Numbered from the stretch's first letter, positions 54,777 to 64,000 are shown. The stretch: 64,000 nucleotides of DNA from Gemmatimonadota bacterium (GCA_003222135.1 QHUM01000038.1:34038-98037), one strand, 5' to 3'. Numbers and translations are program-made. The notes: generated by a model not told the origin, from the letters alone.

Positions 54777-54940
54777 CTACACCTGTGCGAAACCGCCGTC
54801 CACGAACAATTCCGTTCCCGTGATGTAGCTGGTGTCGTCGGAGGCGAGAAATACCACAGCGTTCGCGACCCTGCCGAGGAGAGGATACTGCGCCACACCG
54901 GCGTTCGCAAACACGATATACTCCTGACGCCCACTGACTC
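54777..54940 (-). pseudogene. remnant of a short-chain dehydrogenase/reductase (SDR) gene
   Basis: Hand translation of the minus strand gives ...[48 protein letters not shown] then TAG (54777..54779). This is a canonical SDR C-terminus joined almost directly to an NNAG-like block. There is no Rossmann N-terminus, no Ser-Tyr-Lys catalytic region and no convincing start. It is wedged between two intact genes. Confidence 0.55.
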
Positions 54941-55315
54941 CTAGGGTCCGCCCTCTGCCAACAGCTCGCGCAGCGCGGCGAGCAGCATGCTGGGTGGGAA
55001 CGGCTTCCGCAGCGTGCGCGACGCGCCGAACGCCGCCGCGGCGTCGAGTAAGTCGAGTCTCAGACTGCTCCCCCCGGACATGGCGATGATCTTCGCTCCA
55101 GGAGCCTCGGCCCGCATTGCTCGGATGACTTCCAGCCCGTCCCGCTCGGGCATGAAGAGGTCGACGACCACCAAGTCGGCGCCCTGCTCGCGGTGCAGCC
55201 GCAGGCCAGCGTCCCCATCGGCTGCTTCGATGACCTCGTAGCCGGCTGACTCGAGCGCCACCCGTATCGCGCCCCGCAGCAGCGCATCATCATCGATCAC
55301 GAGGATTCGCGCCAT
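54941..55315 (-). CDS. single-domain response regulator
   Basis: [36 protein letters not shown]. Starts 7 nt after the upstream kinase stop. Confidence 0.8.
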   Translation of the reverse strand: MARILVIDDDALLRGAIRVALESAGYEVIEAADGDAGLRLHREQGADLVVVDLFMPERDGLEVIRAMRAEAPGAKIIAMSGGSSLRLDLLDAAAAFGASRTLRKPFPPSMLLAALRELLAEGGP

Positions 55316-55322
55316 CGCGGCG

Positions 55323-57428
55323 CTACGCGTCCAGGGCGTCCCGCACTCGGCGCGCCAGCGACTCGGGTGTGAAGGGCTTCTGGAGATACGCGACTCCGGC
55401 TTCGAGGATGCCGTGATGGACCACGGCGCTGTCCCCATAGCCCGACACATACAGGACCTTCATGTCGGGTCGGAGCTGCGCCAACTGCTCGGCGAGCTGC
55501 CGCCCGCTGAGCCCGGGCATGACGACATCCGTCAGCAGCAGATGGATCGGACCGTGATGCTTGGCCGCGAGCCGCAGGGCGGTGTCGCCGTTCGGCGCCT
55601 CCAGGACCGCGTAGCCATAGCGCTCGAGCACCTGCCGGGTCACCATGCGGACCGACGCCGCGTCCTCCACGACCAGCACGGTCTCCGTGCCGCGGCCCGG
55701 CTCCGCCGTCGCCGTCCGAGCGACCGCGGGCTCGACCGGCTCGTCTACACGCGGCAGGTACACCTTGAAGCTCGTTCCCCGCCCCGGCTCGGAATACACC
55801 CAGATGAAGCCGCCGGCCTGCTTCACGATCCCGTAGACTGTGGCGAGGCCCAAGCCCGTTCCCTTGCCGCGCTCCTTGGTCGTGAAGAACGGCTCGAAGA
55901 TGCGGGCCTTGGTTTGCTCGTCCATGCCGATTCCCGTATCGGACATGGCCAACATGACGTAGTGGCCCGGCCGGGCGGGCGCATGACTGCGCACGTAGAC
56001 CTCGTCCATCTCCACATTGGCCGCCTCGATGGTCAGGCGACCTCCCGTCGGCATCGCATCGCGGGCGTTGACCGCGAGGTTGATGATGATCTGCTCGAGC
56101 TGGACGGGGTCCGCCTTCACCGCTCCCAGATCGGGCGCCAGGGCAGTGGTGAGCTGAACGTCTTCTCCGATCAGCCGTCGCAGCAGCTTTTCGGTGCCGG
56201 TGACGATGGCCTTCAAATCCAGGACTTTGGGCTCGAGTACCTGCTGGCGGCTGAATGCGAGCAGCTGGCGTGTGAGGGCGGCCGCGCCCTCCGCGGCTTT
56301 GCGAATCTCGCCGACATCGTCCCGCTTGGGATCGTCCAAGGCGAGATCTTCGAGCAACAAGTCGCTGTAGCTGGTGATCACAGTCAGGAGGTTGTTGAAG
56401 TCGTGCGCGACGCCTCCCGCCAGGCGGCCGACCGCCTCCATTTTCTGCCCTTGGCGCAGCCGCTCTTCCGACTGCCGCAGCGCCTCCTCGGCGCGTTTCC
56501 GCTCGATCCCGACCGCCACGGCGCTCGCGACCGACGCCAACGCCTTGGGCACGAACTCGGAGAGGGCGTGGCGGGCGAACATCGCCATGACGCCGAGGAC
56601 GCGGTCGTGCACCACCAGGGGGTAGCCGGCGAACGCCACGAGCCCCTCGCGCCGGGCCCATTCCTGGTCGTGGATTTGCGGATCGCCCATGACCTGGTTG
56701 GTGAGATGGGGACGGCGGTCCCGAGCGATCGCGCCGATCTTGTATTGTCCCAGGGGCACGCGGCTGTGCGCGCCGTCGATGTGCGTGTACATGCCGGCGC
56801 TCGCCTGCAGCTCGAGGATCCCGCTCGCGTCGTCGAGGGTCCAGACGCGGGCGAACGCCACGTCCAGGTGGCGCACCAGTGCCTCGGCGCACAGCTGCAG
56901 CATCGCGCGCAGGTCCGTGCTCTGCGTCAGGGCGGCCCCGACGTCGGAGGTCAGCTCCGCCAGACGTGCCCGCTCGAGCAGGGCGATCTGCGCCCGGCGG
57001 CGCTCGCGGCGCACCTCCGCGTCGCGCAGCTCCCGCTCGATGGCGGGGATCAGGCGCCGGAGGTTGCCTTTGGTGAGGAAGTCCTGCGCGCCCGCTTTCA
57101 TCGCCTCGACCGCGACGTCTTCGCCGATCGTGCCCGAGACGAAGATGAAGGGCGTATCGAGATCGCGCGCGCGTAACAGGGCGAGGGCCGCCGGCCCGCT
57201 GAACGCCGGCATGCTGTAGTCGCCGATCACGAGATCCCACGCCTGGCGATCGAGCGCCGCCTGCATGGCGCCGTGGTTGTCCACCCGCTCGTACGCGGGG
57301 TCGAAGCCCGCGCGCTGCAGCTCCAGGAGCAGCAGCCGGGCGTCGTCCTCGGAGTCCTCCGCGATCAAAACCCGCAGCGGGACCCGCACCGACTGGCTCC
57401 GATCTGAGTGCGCCACTGCTGGACACAT
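55323..57428 (-). CDS. hybrid sensor histidine kinase: receiver - GAF - HisKA - HATPase_c - receiver
   Basis: N-terminal receiver ([23 protein letters not shown]). GAF-like region (FARVWTLD...[17 protein letters not shown]). Intact H-box [12 protein letters not shown]-box [12 protein letters not shown]1 MSDTGIGM, G2 [10 protein letters not shown]-terminal receiver ([20 protein letters not shown]). Confidence 0.85.
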   Translation of the reverse strand: MCPAVAHSDRSQSVRVPLRVLIAEDSEDDARLLLLELQRAGFDPAYERVDNHGAMQAALDRQAWDLVIGDYSMPAFSGPAALALLRARDLDTPFIFVSGTIGEDVAVEAMKAGAQDFLTKGNLRRLIPAIERELRDAEVRRERRRAQIALLERARLAELTSDVGAALTQSTDLRAMLQLCAEALVRHLDVAFARVWTLDDASGILELQASAGMYTHIDGAHSRVPLGQYKIGAIARDRRPHLTNQVMGDPQIHDQEWARREGLVAFAGYPLVVHDRVLGVMAMFARHALSEFVPKALASVASAVAVGIERKRAEEALRQSEERLRQGQKMEAVGRLAGGVAHDFNNLLTVITSYSDLLLEDLALDDPKRDDVGEIRKAAEGAAALTRQLLAFSRQQVLEPKVLDLKAIVTGTEKLLRRLIGEDVQLTTALAPDLGAVKADPVQLEQIIINLAVNARDAMPTGGRLTIEAANVEMDEVYVRSHAPARPGHYVMLAMSDTGIGMDEQTKARIFEPFFTTKERGKGTGLGLATVYGIVKQAGGFIWVYSEPGRGTSFKVYLPRVDEPVEPAVARTATAEPGRGTETVLVVEDAASVRMVTRQVLERYGYAVLEAPNGDTALRLAAKHHGPIHLLLTDVVMPGLSGRQLAEQLAQLRPDMKVLYVSGYGDSAVVHHGILEAGVAYLQKPFTPESLARRVRDALDA

Positions 57429-57570
57429 GCCCGCACGAGCGGCGTCAGTCCAATACTTCTTTGTTGGGGGAGGTAGCGCTCCGAGCGATAGCTCCAGTCC
57501 CCGAGAGGGCCGCCGCGGACCGGTTGACGCCGGCGCCGGCGAAGGCCCTATTATATCAGACTAGACGTTC

Positions 57571-58176
57571 TTGAACTGGGGGCCCGTGCCACGGATCAAG
57601 GCGTTCCAGCCGGCGGAAGCCCTCGACCACGCCATGGAGCTGTTCTGGCGTGACGGGTACGCTGCGACCCGGCTCGACCAGCTGGTCCGCCGCACCGGTG
57701 CCAGCCGCTACGGATTGTACGCCACGTTCGGCGGCAAGCGCGATCTGTTTCTCGCCAGCCTCGAGCGCTATTCGCAGGCGGTCATGGACCCCATGCTGGG
57801 GCCGCTCCAGGATGCCCGGGCGTCCACGCGCGAGATCCGCGCGTTCTTCGATCGAGTGCTCGGGCTGATTCGCCGCCCCGGCGCCGGGCGGGGCTGCTTC
57901 ATCTGCAATGCGGCGTTCGAGCGCGGTGCCATCGATCCCCTAACGGGGCGGCTCGTGCGGCGCCACTTCGATCGGGTCCACCGGCTGCTGGCGCGGGCGC
58001 TCGCGAACGGGCGCCGCGACGGGAGCCTGCCACACGACCTCGCCGTGCCGGCCTGCGCGGACCACCTGCTTGGCGTGGCGGCCGGAGCGTTTCTGCTGGC
58101 GCGCTCCGGGATGGCGATCGGCTTCATCCGGCGGTTCGTCGGTATGGCCCTACGGGGATTGAAGGGACTGAGCTGA
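57571..58176 (+). CDS. TetR/AcrR-family transcriptional regulator
   Basis: HTH block AMELFWRDGYAATRLDQLVRRTGASRYGLYATFGGKRDLF. TTG 57571 or GTG 57586 start. An AT-rich stretch lies upstream. Confidence 0.8.
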   Translation: MNWGPVPRIKAFQPAEALDHAMELFWRDGYAATRLDQLVRRTGASRYGLYATFGGKRDLFLASLERYSQAVMDPMLGPLQDARASTREIRAFFDRVLGLIRRPGAGRGCFICNAAFERGAIDPLTGRLVRRHFDRVHRLLARALANGRRDGSLPHDLAVPACADHLLGVAAGAFLLARSGMAIGFIRRFVGMALRGLKGLS

Positions 58177-59084
58177 TGGAATTGCGTCACCTGAGATACT
58201 TCGTCGCGGTCGCCGAGGAAGGCAGCTTCCTCCGGGCAGCCGGTCGGCTGCGGGTGGCGCAGCCGGCGCTCTCGAAGCAAATCCGCGACCTGGAGCGGGA
58301 AGTCGGCGTCAAGCTGTTCGAGCGGCTGCCGCGTGGGACCCGGCTGACCCGGGCCGGCGAGCAGTTCCTCGGTGACGCGCGCGCTGCGCTGGAGAGCGCG
58401 GCGCGCGCCACGGCGACCGCCCGGCGGGCCGACTCGGGAACGGGGCTCAGGTTCGCCCACAGCGATCTGTACGTGTACACGCCGGTCGTGCTCAAGGTGC
58501 TGGCGGCGTTCCGCCAAGCGTCGCCCGACACGCCGGTACGGGTGCTGCGCGTGAACGAGGTCGACCAGCACGCCGCACTCCGAGAGCACCGCATCGACGT
58601 GGCGGTGAGCTTCGTGGCCACCTGGCCCGTCCCCGGGCTCGCGGCCTTGCAGCTCGCCGACTGTGCCATCACCGGGGTATTGCTGCCGGCCACCCATCCG
58701 CTCGCGGCCGAGCGGCGGGTTCGCCTGCAAGATCTGTCCGATCTGCTTTGGTTGCACCCTTCGCAGCGCACGCGTCCCGAGCTGTACCGCGCGTTGCGGA
58801 CGGCGCTCGAGACGCGCGGGCTCGTTCCCGCCCGCCACCGCGGGCGCCGCGGCGACATCGCGTCCAACGTGGCGATCGCGGCGGGAGACGCCTGGGCGCT
58901 CGCGAACCCTGTGGTGGCCGCCGTGTACGCCGATGCGGAGGGATCGATCGTGCACCGGCCGTTCGTCGATGCCCCGATCCCCATGTGGTTTGTGCTCATC
59001 TGGCGCGGTGACTCTCCCTCGCCGCTGGTCGAGAGGCTGGTGCAGGCCGCGCGCGGCACGGTTGCGTCGGCCCGGGCCAGCTAG
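58176..59084 (+). CDS. LysR-family transcriptional regulator
   Basis: MELRHLRYFVAVAEEGSFLRAAGRLRVAQPALSKQIRDLE. The ATG overlaps the TetR stop (TGATG). Confidence 0.85.
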   Translation: MELRHLRYFVAVAEEGSFLRAAGRLRVAQPALSKQIRDLEREVGVKLFERLPRGTRLTRAGEQFLGDARAALESAARATATARRADSGTGLRFAHSDLYVYTPVVLKVLAAFRQASPDTPVRVLRVNEVDQHAALREHRIDVAVSFVATWPVPGLAALQLADCAITGVLLPATHPLAAERRVRLQDLSDLLWLHPSQRTRPELYRALRTALETRGLVPARHRGRRGDIASNVAIAAGDAWALANPVVAAVYADAEGSIVHRPFVDAPIPMWFVLIWRGDSPSPLVERLVQAARGTVASARAS

Positions 59085-59159
59085 CGCTCCATCTGCAAGT
59101 ATCGCTGCCGGCGAGCCCCTCCCTTAAGATTATTCGGCACGGTGCGGGAGGAGAGGGAG

Positions 59160-59483
59160 ATGTTCGGCGTCGAAATACCGGCGTGGGCGATCGGGGTGGG
59201 CTTCATCATCATCGCTGGCTCCCTCGGTGGAGCCGTGAAACGGTTACTCTCCGGCGAGGGTGGACTCCCCCGACCCCGTGGGAAAGTCTCCCGGCGCGAC
59301 CTGGGACAGATGGTTGGTGATCTGGAGGGCCGACGCGGCGACCTCGACGAGCTACGGGGCAGGCTCGGCGAGCTCGAGGACGTGCAGAGAAGGCTCGGCG
59401 ACCTGGAAGAACGCGTGGACTTTGCGGAACGACTGCTCGCCAAGCAGCGCGACGGCGAGCGGTTGGCCCCACCAAAGAGCTGA
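59160..59483 (+). CDS. small membrane-anchored coiled-coil protein
   Basis: GGGAGGAGAGGGAG directly before ATG 59160. One TM helix (IPAWAIGVGFIIIAGSLGGAV), then repeated GDL/GEL-E..R heptad-like units (GDLEGRRGDLDELRGRLGELEDVQRRLGDLEERVDFAERLL). Confidence 0.5.
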   Translation: MFGVEIPAWAIGVGFIIIAGSLGGAVKRLLSGEGGLPRPRGKVSRRDLGQMVGDLEGRRGDLDELRGRLGELEDVQRRLGDLEERVDFAERLLAKQRDGERLAPPKS

Positions 59484-59506
59484 GCGGCTGCGGCGCGCCG
59501 TCGCCC

Positions 59507-60523
59507 TCAGACCGACAGCGAATTCCGCCGCACCCGTCCGTCGCGAGAAAACCATCGCGTGCCGCCGTTCTTGTAGGCGAGCAGCGTGTAGCCGTTCGGC
59601 TCGTACCACAGCTCGATCAAGCGGTACTTCTGGCGCAGCTCGAGGCGCTCGTACGTTGCGGTGAGCTCGGCGCTCGGCAGGTGTCGCGCCGGCTCGGTTC
59701 GCGTCAGCAGCGGAGGCCCGAGGGCGGTGTCGAACAGGTACCCGCGCGACCCACACGTGAGCCCGTAGGCCATGACCTCCCACGGCCCAGACGGTCGCAT
59801 GAAGTCGAGAATGCTGTTCATGTCGAACAGCGTCTCCTGCGCGTTCAGGTAGCTGTCCACGATGAGGGCGTCGCGGGAGCGCACGTCGTCGGCGTTGCGA
59901 TGCCACCCGAACTCGAGCGCGTCGAATCCCAGCGCCTTCGCCAGCGCGATGCCCGCCCCGAAGCGGTCGCCCCCGTTCGCCCCGGCGAGCAGGAGGGAGA
60001 GAATCTCCTTGCGGCGCATGCGCTCACGGGCACCGCGCTCGCCGTAGAGGTAGAGGAACAGCACGCCGTCGGGGGCGAGGTGGCGGGCGAGCTGCCGCAG
60101 GCCGAGCGCGGGGTCCGCCAGGTGGTGCAGCACACCCATGCACAGCACCACGTCGAAACGGCCGAGATCGGTGGCGCCGTCCAGCAGGTCGTACTGCCGG
60201 AACTCCACGTTGCCGACACCGGCCGCGTGCGCGGTGGCGCGCGCGATCTCGAGCGGTGGCGCGCACACGTCGACGGCCACGAATTGGGTCTCCGGGAAGC
60301 GCTGGGCCGCCGTGATCAGCCGGTGACCTGTTCCGGTCCCCACATCTAGCACGCGCTTGCCGCGGAACTCGTAGGGCGTCTCCCGCGAAAACAGCAACAA
60401 CAGGTTGGCGAGCTCCGTGAGACGCTGCTCCCCGGTATCCTGGGATGGATAGGGGAAGCGGGCGTACATCTCACGCACGCGCCGCGCGGCCGCGTCCGCG
60501 TCCGCAACGCCGCTCTCGCTCAC
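59507..60523 (-). CDS. class I SAM-dependent methyltransferase
   Basis: Motif I VLDVGTGTG, post-I FVAVDV, motif II/III DVVLCMGVLHHL and PDGVLFL. GTG start overlaps the upstream GNAT stop (GTGA). Confidence 0.75.
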   Translation of the reverse strand: MSESGVADADAAARRVREMYARFPYPSQDTGEQRLTELANLLLLFSRETPYEFRGKRVLDVGTGTGHRLITAAQRFPETQFVAVDVCAPPLEIARATAHAAGVGNVEFRQYDLLDGATDLGRFDVVLCMGVLHHLADPALGLRQLARHLAPDGVLFLYLYGERGARERMRRKEILSLLLAGANGGDRFGAGIALAKALGFDALEFGWHRNADDVRSRDALIVDSYLNAQETLFDMNSILDFMRPSGPWEVMAYGLTCGSRGYLFDTALGPPLLTRTEPARHLPSAELTATYERLELRQKYRLIELWYEPNGYTLLAYKNGGTRWFSRDGRVRRNSLSV

Positions 60524-61179
60524 GGGACAAGGGCCGGCTGCGCGGGCTCGGCGCCCGTATGCTGGGGATCACCCACGTGCACGAAGATCGCGTGGGCCCG
60601 TAGCCCGGGCAGGTCGAAGCCATATCGCAGCACGGTGCCATAGCGGCGCCAACCGGTGCGCTCCGCCCACGCATGGGCGGCGCCGTTGGCCTCGTGGATG
60701 TGAGTCAGGAGCCGGCCCAGACCCAGGCGCCAGGCCTCAGCGTACAGCGCGTACTCGAACCGCGTCGCGATGCCTTTACCCCGCGCCGTCGAAAACGCGT
60801 ACAGGTTCTCCACGCGGCCCACGCCGGCCGGCAGCGGCTCATACATGGCCGCCCACTCGCGCAGCGCGCCCAGCCGCGGGTTATCCGCGATGCTGAGGAG
60901 CCATTGGATGCATAGCGGCCCCTGGTCGCCCATCCACACGTAGCCCGTCCCCAAGCCGAGCTCCCAGAACTTGAAGCCCGACTTGAGCTGGTTGGCGTCG
61001 TGATCGGGGTGGCGTCGCAAGAGGTCGATGATCTCAGGCGTGACGAGCTGCAGGCGCACAGCGGGCTCAGCGGGCGGCCCGGGGGGCAGATCGATCCGAT
61101 AGCGAATCCAGTGCTCCAGGTGGATTCGAGCTGGAAATACCTTATGGGTCAAGCTGATACAGCCAGCAGCGACTCCCAT
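60520..61179 (-). CDS. GNAT-family N-acetyltransferase-like protein (paralog B of 11238..11957)
   Basis: ATG 61179 (MGVAAGCISL...). Blocks shared with paralog A: WIRYRIDL, RHPDH..NQLKSGFKFW, YVWM....PLCIQWLL, VENLYAFSTARGKGIATRFEYALY, LLTHIHEAN.AA..WAERTGW. Confidence 0.65.
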   Translation of the reverse strand: MGVAAGCISLTHKVFPARIHLEHWIRYRIDLPPGPPAEPAVRLQLVTPEIIDLLRRHPDHDANQLKSGFKFWELGLGTGYVWMGDQGPLCIQWLLSIADNPRLGALREWAAMYEPLPAGVGRVENLYAFSTARGKGIATRFEYALYAEAWRLGLGRLLTHIHEANGAAHAWAERTGWRRYGTVLRYGFDLPGLRAHAIFVHVGDPQHTGAEPAQPALVP

Positions 61180-61391
61180 ATGCGCCTCCCTGCAACCGAC
61201 GTGTCGACGACGGGCGACGCTGCGTGGCAGCTGCAAGCCGCGTGCACGCCACAGGGCGGCAGGGATTGGCGAGGCAAGGTCTTGGCGCGAGGCAACATGA
61301 GCATGTCGCAACGCGAGAAGGTGGCGCCCGGCGCTGCTCATGTGGCGATCACGCAACGGCGCCGGGGCAGCGGAATGGTTACATCATGATA

Positions 61392-62453
61392 CTAGAACGA
61401 CAGCCACCACTCGCCTTCCAGCCGCGACAGAAAGGCGTCACCACGCTGGATCGCGGCGAGCACATCCGGCCGAGGCGAGTGCACCAGCACCCACGGCGCG
61501 GCGCGGATGACCGCGCCATCGCGCTCCGCCAGGATGGGGACGAGCTGGGGCTCGAGGCGGCCGGCGAGCGCGGTGAGCCCGCGATGCCAAGCGTCGTGGA
61601 ACATTGCATGCGCCACGGCGCCGTAGCGGCCCTTGGCGGCTACGACCTGCACCACCTGCCCCACCCCACCACGATTCGCATAGTAAAGGTACCAGCCCAC
61701 CAGCCCGCTTTCCGAGTCCCGCAGGGCAGCGCCCCGCAGCTCGCCCAGCGCCCGTTTGGCGGCGAGCTGGTCGAGCAGCCACGCCAGCGAGGTCGCGTCG
61801 TACTCGGGCCGCAGCGCCACGCCGTGCAACAGCTCGGGGAGGTGTGCGGCCATGGTCTCGGGCGTCAGAGGGTCCGGCCGCAGCCCGTCGCGGTGCAGCC
61901 ACGCGGGCGCGAACGCGTCAACGGCCCACGACAAGGGCCGTAGCCCCAGCGCCAGCGCGCGCGCCCCCACCGTCTCGCCGAGCAGGGTCCCGTAGTACCG
62001 GAGCGCGCGGAGCGGCTGCGTCCACGAGAGACTGGGCACCAGCGCGACGTCGCCGCCCAATCCTTCCCAGAGCCGCCGCGACGGGTCGTTGGCGAGGTCG
62101 GCGAAGCAGAGGTCCTGGCCGCCCGCGAGCAGCGCTTTGATCAGCTCGATGGCCGCGACCCCGCGGTGCTCGGGATCGGTCATGAGCTGCGTGCTCACGG
62201 CCACGCGCAGCGGCTCGCCTTGGAAGGTGGCGCGACGCGGCACGACGCCCAGAAACCCGATGGGCCGGCCGCTCGGATCCACGTAGACGAGCGACGGCAG
62301 CGCCTCGTCGCGCCACGGGTTGCGGAAGAAGACGTGCTCGAAATAGTCCGCCAGCGCCGCGGCCGCGGGCCGCTCACTGCGGCTGAACGACTTGCGCCGC
62401 AGCGCGACAACGTCGGGGATGTCGTCGGGGCGGAACGGCCGGATCGTCGCCAT
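61392..62453 (-). CDS. 353-aa GNAT-like acyltransferase with C-terminal extension domain
   Basis: ATG 62453. GNAT-like N-terminus (IRPFRPDDIPDVVALRRKSF, PIGFLGVVPR, HRGVAAIELIKALL). The C-terminal 200 aa is unassigned. The upstream part of ORF 61392..62966 is rejected as a shadow extension. Confidence 0.55.
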   Translation of the reverse strand: MATIRPFRPDDIPDVVALRRKSFSRSERPAAAALADYFEHVFFRNPWRDEALPSLVYVDPSGRPIGFLGVVPRRATFQGEPLRVAVSTQLMTDPEHRGVAAIELIKALLAGGQDLCFADLANDPSRRLWEGLGGDVALVPSLSWTQPLRALRYYGTLLGETVGARALALGLRPLSWAVDAFAPAWLHRDGLRPDPLTPETMAAHLPELLHGVALRPEYDATSLAWLLDQLAAKRALGELRGAALRDSESGLVGWYLYYANRGGVGQVVQVVAAKGRYGAVAHAMFHDAWHRGLTALAGRLEPQLVPILAERDGAVIRAAPWVLVHSPRPDVLAAIQRGDAFLSRLEGEWWLSF

Positions 62454-62461
62454 CCCGCGGG

Positions 62462-62734
62462 TCAGTCCGCCGCCGCGCCCTCGGCGCGGCGGCGCAGGCG
62501 CGCGGCCACGAACGTCGCGATGGCGGCGAGCGAGCGCAGCTGGTCGAGCTCGAGCCGCTCGATGTCCACGCGTACGCCAAAGTGCTTCTCGAGCTGCAGC
62601 AGGAGCTCGACCAACCCCACTGAATCGAGCCGCCCCGTCGCCAGGAGGTCGGTCTCCCGCGACGGTACGATCACGTGCAGCTCGTCCGCGAACAGCGCGG
62701 CGAGCTCGGTCTCGAGGGACGCGCCCACGCTCAT
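62462..62734 (-). CDS. stand-alone acyl/peptidyl carrier protein
   Basis: 90 aa from ATG 62734. Phosphopantetheine attachment context GRLDSVGLVELLLQLE. The ATG overlaps the adenylation gene stop (ATGA). Confidence 0.75.
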   Translation of the reverse strand: MSVGASLETELAALFADELHVIVPSRETDLLATGRLDSVGLVELLLQLEKHFGVRVDIERLELDQLRSLAAIATFVAARLRRRAEGAAAD

Positions 62735-64000
62735 ACCGCCGCCTCGACGCCCTCGGCCGCGAACAGCTCCTGCAGGGGCCGGCGGTCGATCTTGCCGTTG
62801 GACGTCGTGGGGAGCGCGTCGAACATGCGCCAGCGCGACGGCACCATGTAGGGCGGCAGCACGGCGGCGAGCGCCGCGCGCAGCGTCGCCGGCGTGACCG
62901 TCGCGGGGTCGGCCGGCACGTAGGCGCAGCAGATGGCGGTGCCGTCGAAGTCGCGGCTCTGCACACCCACCACGGCGCACTCGCGCAAAGTGCCGAGGGC
63001 GTGCAGGGCGGCCTCGATTTCGCCCAACTCGACGCGGTAGCCGCGTGTCTTTACTTGGAAATCGGCGCGCCCGAGGTAGCGAATCAATCCGTCCGTGCCG
63101 AGCGTCGCCAAGTCGCCCGTGCGATAGATGCGGTCCGCCGGGCCGGCGCTGCCGGGATATGGGAGGAAGGCACCGCGTGTCTTGTCGGCGTCGCGCCAAT
63201 ACCCCGGAGAGAGGCCCGCGCCGCGGATGTAGAGGTCACCCACCTCGCCCAGCGGGACCGGCCGCAGCGCGTCGTCCAGCACGAGCAGCTCCTCACCGGC
63301 ACAGGCGCGGCCGATCGGGATCACTTCGTCCTCGCTCGCGGGACACGCGGGCAGCGTGTAGTAACTGCTTGCGATCGTGGCCTCCGTGGGGCCATAGAGA
63401 TTCGTGAAGGTGACGTGCGGCAGGCGTCGCATCCAGTAGATAAGCGAAGGGGTCGGCAGCACCTCACCACACCACAGGACGCGGCGCAGCGAGGGAAAGT
63501 CGCCGGATCTGACCACGGCGAACTTCGCCATGTAATTCAGCACCGACGGCACCGAAAACCATTGCGTCAGCTCGGCGACCCGAATCAGCTCCGCCACCTT
63601 GTGCGGCAGCAGCGACAGCTCGGGCGGCACGAGGTGTAGCTCGGCTCCCGCCGCAAAGGTCCCGAAGATGTCGAAGGTCGACAGGTCGAAGTGTAGCGGG
63701 GGGTGGCCGGAGATGCGGTCGGTGGCCGCGGTCCCGAAATAGCCCACGGCCCACTCGATGAAATGGCGCACGTTATCGTGCGTGATCACGACGCCCTTGG
63801 GTGTGCCCGTGGATCCGGAGGTGAAGAGGATGTGCGCCGGGTCCCCGGGGCGGTTCGTGCCGGAAAGTAGATCACTCGACGCGCGCGCGACGTCGTCCCA
63901 CGTGAACGACGGAGGCACGCGCGCCGGTGGTGCGCCGTCCCCGAGCCAGCCGACGGCGTGCGTCGCGGCGAACGCGGGCACCGCGAACAGGGCATCCAGC
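62731..64000 (-). CDS. adenylate-forming enzyme (amino acid adenylation / DltA-like), 5' end beyond window
   Basis: Core motifs LFTSGSTGTPKGV (A3), NLYGPTEATI (A5), YRTGDLA (A7), GRADFQVKTRGYRVELGEIE (A8) and NGKIDR (A10). Only about 50 aa precede A3, so the N-terminal 100 aa or more must lie past position 64000. Confidence 0.85.
   Translation of the reverse strand, partial: LDALFAVPAFAATHAVGWLGDGAPPARVPPSFTWDDVARASSDLLSGTNRPGDPAHILFTSGSTGTPKGVVITHDNVRHFIEWAVGYFGTAATDRISGHPPLHFDLSTFDIFGTFAAGAELHLVPPELSLLPHKVAELIRVAELTQWFSVPSVLNYMAKFAVVRSGDFPSLRRVLWCGEVLPTPSLIYWMRRLPHVTFTNLYGPTEATIASSYYTLPACPASEDEVIPIGRACAGEELLVLDDALRPVPLGEVGDLYIRGAGLSPGYWRDADKTRGAFLPYPGSAGPADRIYRTGDLATLGTDGLIRYLGRADFQVKTRGYRVELGEIEAALHALGTLRECAVVGVQSRDFDGTAICCAYVPADPATVTPATLRAALAAVLPPYMVPSRWRMFDALPTTSNGKIDRRPLQELFAAEGVEAAV

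Noticed and set aside
55297-57426. 709-aa minus-strand ORF
   Set aside because: It has the same strand and extent as the hybrid kinase but in a different frame. The 55323..57428 frame carries the intact REC, GAF, H-box, N, G1 and G2 motifs. This frame is Arg/Pro/Gly-rich with none.
61392-62966. 524-aa version of the GNAT-like ORF, and the 245-aa version of the carrier-protein ORF (62462..63199)
   Set aside because: The upstream extensions overlap the neighbouring ACP and adenylation genes in other frames and are Arg/Pro/Ala-rich. Internal ATGs at 62453 and 62734 give proteins of canonical size and start context.
1-64000. Search for prophage, integrase, transposase, toxin-antitoxin, CRISPR-Cas or other defence-island signatures
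   Set aside because: I recognised no recombinase, phage structural, Cas or typical defence-gene motifs in any frame. Composition looks uniform, apart from short AT-rich promoter-like patches at divergent intergenic regions (for example about 7780..7830 and 57540..57575).

Overview
Very GC-rich, gene-dense chromosomal segment with strong GC3 bias in the real frames. I call about 55 protein genes. The gene content is that of a Gram-negative soil bacterium (TonB, lipoproteins, DUF5916 proteins, many two-component genes), possibly Gemmatimonadota-like; that is inference only. I saw no rRNA, tRNA, CRISPR array, transposase or integrase. Many long ORFs in the track are alternative-frame or antisense shadow ORFs typical of high-GC DNA and are rejected. 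Operons are tightly packed, with many 4-nt GTGA/ATGA start/stop overlaps. The main hunt result is at 18.2-21.0 kb, possibly extending to 23.3 kb. An unannotated 30-aa ORF (18250..18342) lies below the 60-aa track cutoff and encodes a tandem-repeat peptide, MQIVETAELVPSCHRPEIVETSELEPTCHS. It has a strong Shine-Dalgarno site and sits directly upstream of three genes: an aldo/keto reductase with a PqqD/RRE-like tail, a DUF692-type enzyme (the MbnB/TglH/BufB family of multinuclear non-heme iron oxidases) and a DUF2063-like partner protein with a PqqD-like C-terminus. A Tat-signal molybdopterin oxidoreductase subunit with no Fe-S partner follows. I read this as a candidate RiPP pathway with a precursor family I do not recognise. 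It is divergently paired with an operon encoding an EgtD-like betaine-forming methyltransferase, a glycine-betaine-type ABC transporter and an MFS pump. Other notable items: a 1324-aa secreted protein with three purple-acid-phosphatase-like domains, only the central one keeping all metal motifs, plus a 552-nt tandem PKD duplication; two DUF5916 paralogs flanking that region; a hybrid histidine kinase whose H-box His is Gln; a UvrD helicase with an inserted DEDDh exonuclease; a Rieske-flavoprotein fusion; a duplicated GNAT gene, one copy in an adenylation-ACP-GNAT-methyltransferase operon that runs off the right edge; and an SDR gene remnant.
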